Shown in pieces: positions 53,974 through 64,000 of a stretch of 64,000 bases of DNA (positions are counted from its first letter, which is position 1; each line of letters opens with the position of its first letter). The notes under the pieces were generated by a model. The model did no database searches and was not told where the DNA came from. It worked only from the letters and a program-made list of their open reading frames with translations. Source of the DNA: Neolecta irregularis DAH-3 (taxonomy: Eukaryota); contig LXFE01000126.1 of the NCBI GenBank assembly GCA_001929475.1, positions 1 through 64,000 on the forward strand, read 5' to 3'. A program made the translations under genes and the position numbers.

Positions 53974-54445
53974 GGAACGGGTCGTTGTTCAATATTCGTG
54001 GAATCACTTTTTTAATAGAGGCACGTTGGTGTCAAAAAAAAGTTGTCTCTACCTTGGGACTAGAAAACTGAATACTCTCGGTCAATAACCACGACAAGAC
54101 CCAGACAGACTGAAGCCAAATTTCAGTACTATTCAACAAACTTAGATCTTTATTCATCTCCCCTTATATTTAAAAACACAGGCATCTGTTTACGGCGAAA
54201 AGTTGTTACAATATCGACTTAATCAGGGGCAGGTGCTTAATTGTCGCAGATTTATTAAACAAAGTCGACCTATTGACCGAAGATGAGATACAATTTCTGG
54301 TTGCAATAAGATATATCACACAGGATTCAAAATTATAATTTTTCGTGGAAGCAAAGTGTCAGTCATATAAGCACTTTGGTAATATATGAAGTCTAAGGTT
54401 GTGCGGCAATGATTGATAATTGATTTGCACATTAGTAGACTCTAC

Positions 54446-54716
54446 TGTCAGCACACAGCCTTGAGGTGGGTGCTGGCACGGGTTGAGTATTCTGCCGCAG
54501 GTACCCCAAGTAAAGTAACTACGTATAATTATTGGATATCGGGTTCAAGTCTAGTCAGCTAGTCCGGCTAGACACTTCTTATATACAGACTCGGCACACT
54601 ACTGTCTTCTGCCAGTTCGCCTCCCTATTGACTTGCCGGGTGGCGACCAGGGCTGTGCTCCTCCAGACGATTGGGCGGTGGCGGTGGCGGGGGGGTTGTA
54701 GCATCGAGTCCCCACA
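54446..54716. mobile_element. Solo LTR, family B (271 bp)
   Basis: TG...CA ends with a perfect 5-bp TSD TCTAC (54441-54445 and 54717-54721). Homologous to 25612-25934. Confidence 0.85.
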
Positions 54717-54922
54717 TCTACATTGAACCAACTCTGAAATGAGACTCAACCTCGAAAAATTCAGCCTTTTAAAAGCATTTTGTATTTTAAAGATAATATA
54801 CATTATGTTTTGCTAGCATATCCATATCTATCCACACTCTGCTTTCTTTACATGGTCAAATAATACACTGGAACAAGTATTCATAAGATCATCCAAGGAA
54901 AAAAAGTCTGCCACAGGCCACT

Positions 54923-56485
54923 ATGTGTTTGACAAAAGAGAAGCTCCAATACCTCGATCCCGCTGTGCGTACGTTATTCTACTAGACTCTTATATACTAA
55001 AATATTCAGAAAAATACAACAACGGCGATAAAACTTGTTTCGCGTACGACTCAGCCAGTAGACGATGGCCAGCAATCCTAACCAAAGCAATCGATGATAT
55101 ATTTCGTACCATCAACGATTCAAGAATATCCCCCCAGAAATCTAAGGAAGGCAAGGCCTTGATCTCTCAGATTGCGAAGCTGAAATATGAATTGCAACAT
55201 AATCGTCAATTAACGCATAGACAATTTGATAAGATATAATGATATACTAGACCACTGATAGATGATGGAGGAAGCGATATCCGCCCCTATAATGAAGAGT
55301 TGAGCATTCTGGGTGATATAGTATGGTTCGAAGCACCATGGTTATTCTCGGAATGTTATCTCTATCGCCGTCTACATTGTATCTTTACAACATCAACACA
55401 CTGGAAGTCATATGATGTCTTTTTTAGACAGAAAGACGAAGCGTTTAGGTCTTCTTATACTGCAATCGAAGAGCTCGTTGTCCGGTTTCAAGAGTTTGCC
55501 TCGGATCTAGAGACCTGCAAACTGGATCAAGAAGCCCAAAGACTATTATTTGTGTGTCACTTGTCAAGAAAAGTACTCATCTCCAGATCGAGATGGTTCA
55601 AATCTCGTTATTCGGAAATCGAACAGATCTAAGTTTGTTAACAAACCTATCTGCGCCCGATTTTGCTCTACTACAGGGTAAACAAGCAATTAAATCATCA
55701 CTCGAAAACATCATTTCAAATCACATCGATTTTGTCTGGGTCCTCATCTCGAATCTCCACGACGGGAGAATCGACTTTGTTCTTGATAACAGCGGTTTAT
55801 ATTCCTTGGTCGAATGCAAGTTTGACAAAAACCAGGTTTCGAACTATTTTGTGATATCATTTTCGCGCTCTATTTACTTGAATTTGGAATTGCGAAAGAA
55901 ATCGTTCTTCATCCAAAAGATATTCCGTGGTTCGTATCAGATGTAACTCCAAATGATCTCGGCCCTCATCTGTTTGAGATTCTGCAATCTTACCAGACCC
56001 CAGAGTTTGAATTCCTTGTTCGTAAACTAACGAATTGTTATTCCAAAGGAACGCTGATTATCCGGTCCAATGTTTTCTGGACAACGGGTCATTCTTATTG
56101 GAGACTGAAAGATCTAGAGCCAGAATTACATAAAGATTTACAAGAAAGTGATCTTGTAATCTTCAAAGGAGGCGAGACGTCATCAAGTGCAAACATCTAA
56201 CTCATAGACTTAAATTACCGAAAGCTGACAGCTGATGTCAAATGGCGACGAACTACACCTTTTACTGAGGCGCTCGGTCATTTTGCGGATTCAGGAATTC
56301 GTATCCTTGCTCTTCGAACATGTAAATCCGATGTCGTTGTTGCCTTGGAGGAGGGATTAGAGGACAAGATGAACGAGAAGGAGGAAGATTGGCCTACTAA
56401 CGGAAAGCATGGACAAATACTATTCCATGATGGCAAACTCGGCAGCTACAGGGACAGAGAAAGAATTCACCCCATACCCCTTTAA
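54923..56485 (+). CDS. DUF89/ARMT1-like damage-control sugar phosphatase
   Basis: Motifs FAYDSASRRWPAILT, WFEAPWLFSECYLYRR, DFVLDNSGFEL, PKDIPWFVSDVT, IFKGDLNYRKL and LRTCKSDVVV. Confidence 0.92.
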
Positions 56486-56763
56486 TCACAACTGCGTTGA
56501 CCCAGTTAGTAACTGTGACATGTCTCTTTGCACTAGTGGTCTGGGGTTTCTCTTCACTTCATATGACATGTGACTAGGTATTTGCTGAGCCTGCTGTTGT
56601 TCTTCAACTTTCGGAAGCTGGCGTAACCAAAATCACTCCTTTTGCCCAAAGTATGTGGAGGCATTCATTTACTTGGTGGGCAATTGTAGCCCTGTTCATA
56701 CAAGATATAGATTCTCTTATTTCAAGATCAGATATTGAACCCTTTTAACGTGACAATAAATTC

Positions 56764-57995
56764 TTACCACAGACCTAAAAATTCACGAGCAATTTTACTT
56801 GCGAGATAGCTGACCAAAATAAACGCCAACAACCCGTTAAATATATCAAATATTTCCAACAGACTTTCGAGTTTGGCCTGAGTTTTGACTACATCAACAT
56901 CAGAGTGGAAGTGCCCATTCGTATAGAAGTAATCCAACATTTCTTCTTTCTCTTTCCATCGTTTCAACAACCAATCTTCGAATGCAACTTCATTATCATA
57001 AGGAATATCGCTAACAAGATAACGACGAAAGTGCATGTGAACACCAATGGGTCCCTTACCTTCACCATAAATCGTCCGAAGATCAAAAATATCTTGAGCA
57101 TATGAACCTGGTGGATTCCCTTCATAACCGATTGTGCAGTCATAAACATAGTCTATCGAGGGAAAGAGATTCTGGATACAGAAACGGAGACCAGTTGACC
57201 GCGGAAGTAGTAGATATCTCAGGTCTTTCTGGACTTGTTACGGATATTTTTCAATAACGAGGGATATACAATTCCTTTCTTCTTTGCATATTCAGCGCTC
57301 ATCTGGACCGTATTAGAAGCATGTACCGTCCCTTCAGGATAGAGTAACAGCCACTTATTATCAGACAATTACATGAAAGCGATACCATTGGATAATTCCT
57401 AGAAGCAGAGAGCTCAGAAAGTCGTTTACTTAAATTTGGTTTATCTTGTTCCCATTTTCTTCTCATGAAAATAAATCCGTACATTTGCATTCCCCACCCC
57501 AAAACCGGAATCCACTTAAGGCTGTCCTTCAGGACAATGTATATTGCTTGATGCATTTTCGAGGTATACGAGATCCACCAAATGTATAACCAATCTGTGT
57601 ATATCTTGAGGACTCAGCTCAATTCTGGGAATAAGGAATACCTGATGGTTCGAGATCATGATTATCCGTTCTGGGAAAGAGGTTTCTAGTCTTCCGTCTT
57701 TCGAACGATGCAACTGACCTCGTACGCTTTTATCTCCACTAATGTAGACGGGTGCAGGTGCGAACCACTGCGTAGCAACAATGAGGACTATTCCAAAAGC
57801 AGCCTTTGTACGGGCTATATGGGCATAATACCAATCCTTTTTACAGAAATGAAGAGGTGCTCCAATAACTTGAGTCGAGACGATGATTAGGGATGAACTA
57901 AGAATCCACAGATTCACGGATAGGAAACGCAGTATTTCCCAGGCCGTATGCGATTTACTATTGCGGACTACAGTCACTGGAGAAGAATGCTCCAT
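56764..57995 (-). CDS. Lysophospholipid acyltransferase (Cst26/LCLAT1-like, PlsC family)
   Basis: Motifs SNHQIYTDWLYIW, IVLKDSLKWIPVLGWGMQ..FIFMRRKWEQD, YPEG, LPRSTGLRFC, YDCTIGY and FEDWLLKRWKEKE. Confidence 0.9.
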
Positions 57996-58114
57996 TCCCC
58001 CGTTCAATGGTCTGTACTGTGAATAAGGACAGACGGATGAGTAGCAAAGAAGGAAATTGAAAATTGGTGATTTTGGTGGTAACTTAAAATCTGAAAATCA
58101 TCTTAACCGTAGGG

Positions 58115-58186
58115 GTGGAGCGGCCAATGAGAAAAATCACGTGATTCAAACCACCCTCGAAGAGTGGAGCGGCCAAATAAGAAAAA
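58115..58186. promoter_or_regulatory. Direct repeat GTGGAGCGGCCAA x2 flanking the E-box palindrome AATCACGTGATT
   Basis: Repeats at 58115-58127 and 58164-58176, palindrome at 58135-58146, about 120-190 bp upstream of the acyltransferase ATG. Confidence 0.45.
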
Positions 58187-58624
58187 CTGCATTGGAGAGA
58201 GGTTCTGTTCTTATTAACTGGGCCTGGCCAGACTAGCGGCTGCATTGGTCTTCTATAGGCATTGTAGAGGAGAAGGGTCTGCTCTATCTATCCAAGCTAA
58301 CAATCAAAGAATGGTTTTATTTTTATCCAACCACAAAATTCTACAACCACAGCCTACAAGCTGGACAGCAATTTGAATAGCGCTAGTCGTGTATACTTGC
58401 TTCTCCTTTAGTTTTGTCTTGGCCCAATTTGTGAGAAACAGTGTGGTTTCATTGCCGACCTTGAACATGAAATGGGTTGAAATCTACAAGTTAATAAATT
58501 ACATTAGATCAAAAGAGTGGCTGAATGCAGAAAATATGGAGGGATGAACTGCAAAACCTGGGAATCATTGTATACGGAAACCTTTTTGTGATTTCAATGT
58601 GGTCTACATTTAGAGTAAGGTCAA

Positions 58625-61600
58625 TTATTTCAAAAACTTTTGCAAACTTTCTCCAAGGTATGACTCAATCTTGATAATAAGCTTTTGAACCGCTCGAACA
58701 ACTTTATCCTCTTCATCTTCCATAGCCTCTGCGATGAACGGCATAGTTTGTGGGAGCATTGAAAGCCATTCTTCGCCCAGCTCATTATACAGAGCCTCTT
58801 CAGAGTCAATCGCTGCCATACGCACGAGGGGATCGTCAGATCCAAATAGTTTGAGAACGGCCGTGTTGATAGTTTTATAGTGATCATCGCTTCCTGCCGC
58901 CACGGCCATCTGTACGACGGTAGGGATGACTTCCGAGGACGGAAATGTAGCAGAGAGAGATAGTTGTGCTATAACCGCGGAACATATCTTAGTGAACTTC
59001 TCAGGAGCTTTCCAAAAGTCTAGTTTTTCAGGTTGGAAATTGTAAAAGCTTCATACTTTCATTATCATGTTCGAAACTCCTCTTCAGGCTCGACAAGATG
59101 GGACTCCAGAGTTCCTCTGGCCCTGACCTTCTTGTAGCGAAATTTTCCAAAAGAATAACGGTATCATCGAGAATCAATGAATAATAATTGGTCACAATTC
59201 CCTTAAAGATCAACTTGAATCACCCGTAATATGAAGATACCTTAAATTCCCCACAGAGCAAATCCATAAATCTGTAAAACACAAACTGTCTTCCTTCGAG
59301 GATTTCATGATCAATGCTCTCAGCTTCACGAAATGTCCAGTCGGTGAATTTGGTGAATAAAGGCCGGAACGCCTTATCGTTTAGCTTCATAATCATCTTC
59401 AATAAGATTCCAATCGAACGAATTTCAGCAATTTGGAAATCTCCTTCGTGAAAGTCAATCCTTTGACGTAAATCAAATAGCTCAATAAAGAATTTGAAGA
59501 GGTTTGAAGAAAGGGAAGTTATGCTGGCCCGAGGTGCAGAGTTAACAATTTCTTGCAAAATTTCAAGAAGTCGAATAATTTGATCACACAACCCACTTTT
59601 GGTGGTTATCCATGACTTTATGGCGGCAGGGATCGATATCTCAGGGGTGATATACTCAGCGATAGATTGTACAAGTTCAGTATAAGCCACATGGCAAAGG
59701 CTGCCTTCATCGTACGAGGCACTTGACCCTTGAATATATAGAATTACCTGTTGAATATATGATCCCATAAAAGACGGTATTGAGATGATGAGTGAACTCA
59801 GAAGCGAAAATACTGCAAGTTCAATGACTTCCTCGGAATCTTCTAACCAGTCAGAATCTAAACAATGAATGAGCCTGCCTTCAATTTGCCATTGGCTTTG
59901 ATCTAACACAAATGGAACCAAATTAGGAAGGAAAGGCACCATTCTAGGACCCAACGTCTCGCTACAACGGTAAGTTATATCTTGGCAGGACGATAGTGCC
60001 TAAGGACGGTGATACAAACTAATGCCGAGATTCTAACATCTAAACTGTCATGGCGCAACGCCGAATCACCACAAAGCATTGGGATGAGGCCACTGAAACA
60101 AGTTGGCTCAAAACTAGAATATTTTCTCGCCATTATAGTGACGCAGTTGATCGCAGCTTGAATGGTCCGATTCTCGAAACGCACGGATATGTTCTCGATA
60201 AGAGAATCCAAAATAGACAACGCCTGCTTACGTTGTGTCTCGGTTTTCGCGTTCTCTATCTCTAGGCGAGATTTGACAATTGCTATAGATGACCTTCGAA
60301 ACTAGGCACGTAAGATAACTTTTCAATGGTATTAGGTGACTACCTTTTCTTGATCTGACTTCATTATATCTTGGAACGTTGTCGCAAAGGACGACCAAGG
60401 AAGAAGTTTTAAAGTACAGTCAAGAGATATAAATAGCCCGTCGGATACTATACATTGTTACCCCCTTGGCTTGATGATCTTGGTTAAACCTTTCTTGTTT
60501 CGACATTCAGTGACGACCATCAGTAATTCTCTGATCAAAGATGAGTAATTGCAGTTCGATTCACCACCACCACGAGTTCTCACAGCGCCATGGAAAGATT
60601 TTGATCGTAAGACAAGGTTCATAAAATTTACAATCTCGCAAAAGATTGGCTCGAGTTCTTCTGATGCATGATGCTCCAGAGAAAACATCCTTAGCAGGCC
60701 CTCGATTTCTCCTCGGTGATTTATTTCGAGAAACTGTTTGACTAGCATTGTCATTTTTCGAATCGTCTAGAAATCAGAGGAGAAAGATATGGAAGCACCC
60801 ACAGTAATTTGCACATCTAAAGGAAATGATTTTACAAGCACTGGAATAAAGTCTTTTAATGATGCCTTGTCCGCAGAACGAGAATGAAACGACAGGGACT
60901 GCTCGGCCAGCAGAGAAAGTATAGCGTAGAGAAAATCCGATGCACCAAGGGTCTCAATAAGGGCAGAAAACAATCTCACAATCAGTCTTAAAAGCAATGG
61001 ACGGGATGAGATACTTCACTCTTCGATGTTTCGGTATATGAGTATAGGCGTTAACAAAGGTGTTCAAAACTCCGACAGAATCCAGAACAGCTTGGTCTGC
61101 ATCCTTTGACGTCTTAACCAAAGCTGGAATGATATTCTGCACAGTCTATTATGAGTCAACAATCCTTTGACGAAAGCCAACCTGCTGGATGACATGTACG
61201 CTGTAACTATCATCTTGCTGCAGTACGTTTGCTCCCACGAAGGTAAAAATTGGCATAACGCTATGTAATACCAGCTCTGGACAGAGCTCGGCCAGATTTG
61301 CGGCAAGCAATAGTGCTCGATTATGGACCTGGGGACTTGTTGATGATCGGATGCAATTTACTAGGACATCGATTCGAATATCTTTGGTCTCAAATTTAGA
61401 TTTCGAGTTCTATAAAGGTCAGATGATGTAAAATAAGAATACTACTTTACATCCTTCAACCATCGAATTCATACATGAAAGAAGAATTTGTTTAGCGTAA
61501 CTTGCCGATATTCGTGTATCTTCCTCAATCAGTAAAACATCGGCCAACTTTCCAAAAAGAAGACCAATCAGAGAGGACTTTTCTTCGGGATTCTGTTTCT

Positions 61601-64000
61601 CCAGGAGCTCTAGAGTAACATTCAGTTCATGCAAAATGGATTCCGCTGTCTCCTTGAATTTAGCGGCTGAAGATATCTGCGTGCGAGCTCTTTTGGGTGT
61701 GCTTTTCGAGGTCACTTTACTAAATATAACGATCTCCTTTAATATGTTCTCGAAGATCTGCGTTGAAAGAGATATCTTTTGAAGAGCTTCTATGGCATTC
61801 TGAACAATTGGCTGATATTAGTATTTTTCGAAATAAAGGACATACCGCAGAGCCGGCAACCACAATTTTCAGCAGAGCTGAAGCAAATGTGACCTGTGAA
61901 TCTCTTTTCATTGAAGACCACAAGGCGCATGTTCTCTCACAAGCAAGGCTTGCAAGTTCAGCATCTTCACTGGATAAGAGTTCTTTTAGATAAGCCAACC
62001 CGTCCCCGTTTTCTCCAGGTGCAATGATTGCAACGAAGCTTCTCTTTGCGCTGAAAACGTTGATGCCTTCCTTTACGCATTTATTGAAGAATTCCGAAAT
62101 GCTATTTGAAGTAGCAGACTTGAGAAGAGGAAATAGAAGTTCCGTTTTCAAAGCGGCGTCCACGGTGTTAATTTGATTTGTTAGGCCAACTTGAACACAG
62201 AGGATCGGTGTAACGATTGCAGTTGAAGCCAGAAACGATAAAATTTCAGTCTTCGTCTTTCCCGCTCCTTTTCTTCCGATACCTGATAGCAGATGTCCGA
62301 TAATCTTCATGATCTTTTCCTCGTCTAAGAGATATTCTTCAAGATGCGGAGCAATGACTTCATTTGCAAAGTATTTAGCAACTGACCATGGGAGCCATTT
62401 GATATTTTTCGAATTATCTCCATAACCCACGATATGTCCAATCGGAGATGTTTGCACCTTGTCATACATTTTAATTACCTCTTGGAACGCTGAAACTGCA
62501 GCAGTTCGAATCTTAAGTGAACGATCACCCAGCACAATTAGAAGATACGGTATTAGAATCTGGAAATCTGTGTACTCACTGGAAGATACCACATCTTCCA
62601 CAAGGTTGAGAGCCATAACTCGACTTCGATTGACGTGCGTAGTTATGGACCAAACATATCCAAAGAAAGTAATCAATGAAAGTTCATCCTTCGGGAAAAA
62701 AGAAGACTTCATCAAGGTTTCAATATCGTCTCGAGAAGTGGAAGCTCGATCAAAGATTGCCGTTAAATTCTCGAGATCTGAAGAAAGAATATTTCCGAAG
62801 AAGGATTCTGGAATAACTTCCAGCTGCTGGAAATTCTGCAGCATTTTTTCAAACGTTTCGGGGTCATTCGTGTGCGAGTTACTTTCCATGCTTATTTCAC
62901 TTTGTATTTCGTTCGTCTAGTAAAGTGAGACTAACCGTGTAAAGATGATACCTGTAACGTGATTTGCAGTGTCATTTCAAGCTTCTCTGTGCGTTCAATG
63001 TCCTCGGCAAGAACGATATTCAAAATTCGAGAAAGTACTTTATCATTTTTTAAACTATTCAACATTTCTGAAATCTGAACTCGAGTTCCTGGAGTGTTCT
63101 TTTTAAGAGTGGATTCTATTAGTTCGCGAAAAATGACCTTGGTTTGTGTTTCACTTATTCTACCGGACCTGACGTATCCTTCAATTCGTTTGATTGAATC
63201 TGAAGTCAAGACAGAGCTTTTGATTAAACGGATCAGGAATCCTGTGACCAGTTTATCTGCTCTGAATTTCGAGACAATTTCCTGGAGAAGGATTTCTGTT
63301 TCTCTATTCATTGAGAACTTCTATTTATCAAAGGTCAACTTACTTGGCATCGTTCATAGCTTTATAAACTCCATCAGGAAGAGGAGGGTTTCCTTCACGA
63401 ACCTGCATCAATTGTGCGATACACAGCAAGGCGGATTTGAAAGTCCGTTTAGACCATGTAGTAGATATCCCGTTCATGATGGTCACCAAAATCTGATCAG
63501 TGATAGTACCGCTCGAAGCCAAGACAGTCAAGACCATGTAATTCGAGATCTACTGGGTGAAATGTGTATATAGAAGCATACAATACCTGGTGTTCAGGCG
63601 CAGCATGAAACTGTGTGCCTTCAGCAGCGAATGGCAGAGTTCTTTGCATGATCAGATCTTCGTCGACTTTGGCCTGTCTCATTCTCAGAATCGCTTCAAC
63701 AGCAACCGAGGCCCAGAATGCAGATAACGCATGGTAACCCTTTTGTTCACTGGCCATATCTTCGACAAACTGTGCCACAATATTGTAGAATGTGGGGTCC
63801 TGAGCCAACGACATGACAATCTCGTGTCGAGATGGAGCACTGCGATCTTTCTTCCGTGCCTCTAGAAAGCTCCAGATTGGCTGAGGGAGGGTGACAATCA
63901 CAAGAAGCCGGGCAAAGGTTGGGTGAGAGTAATAGGGTAGAAAGGTTAGTAATAAAGTTTCGGCGTTATAATTGTGAATTCTTTTACTTTAGATTTTTTT
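58625..64000 (-). CDS. UTP10: U3 snoRNP HEAT-repeat protein Utp10 (5' part lies beyond the window)
   Basis: Motifs TLLLTFLPYYS, NSVMPIFTFVGANVLQQDDSYS and FVNAYTHIPKHRR. BP28CT region KLNDKAFRPLF. C-terminus LGEEWLSMLPQTMPFIAEAMEDEE...IESYLGESLQKFL. Confidence 0.93.

Overview
A 64-kb window of a very compact, intron-rich fungal genome. Introns are mostly about 32-45 nt with degenerate donors. The gene set and style suggest an early-diverging ascomycete (Taphrinomycotina, possibly Neolecta-like); this is inference. About 25 protein-coding genes are supported: spo12, a PTS1 acyl-CoA dehydrogenase, an orphan C2H2 protein, LSG1, LTV1, INO80, RPL41, RPA49, a Mek1-like FHA kinase, a PTS1 flavocytochrome b2, a promethin-like protein, CTR9, a FAT1-like acyl-CoA ligase, alpha-actinin, an ATRX/ARIP4-type SNF2 ATPase, GSH2, MID1, an intronless class I terpene synthase, ERF4, HEM1, a secreted protein, COQ8, a DUF89 phosphatase, a lysophospholipid acyltransferase and UTP10 (partial). 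At least two solo-LTR families are present, two copies with perfect 5-bp TSDs, plus a stacked/nested LTR cluster. Most notable: (1) an accessory island between HEM1 and COQ8 carrying a signal-peptide protein with a Ulp1/CE-clan-protease-like C-terminal domain, its decayed paralog, a decayed COQ8 duplicate and a solo LTR; (2) a stand-alone intronless terpene synthase; (3) at least 8 GC-AG introns with non-consensus donors; (4) a 72-nt duplication and a sharp GC island in HEM1. Exon boundaries were read by eye and no database searches were run.
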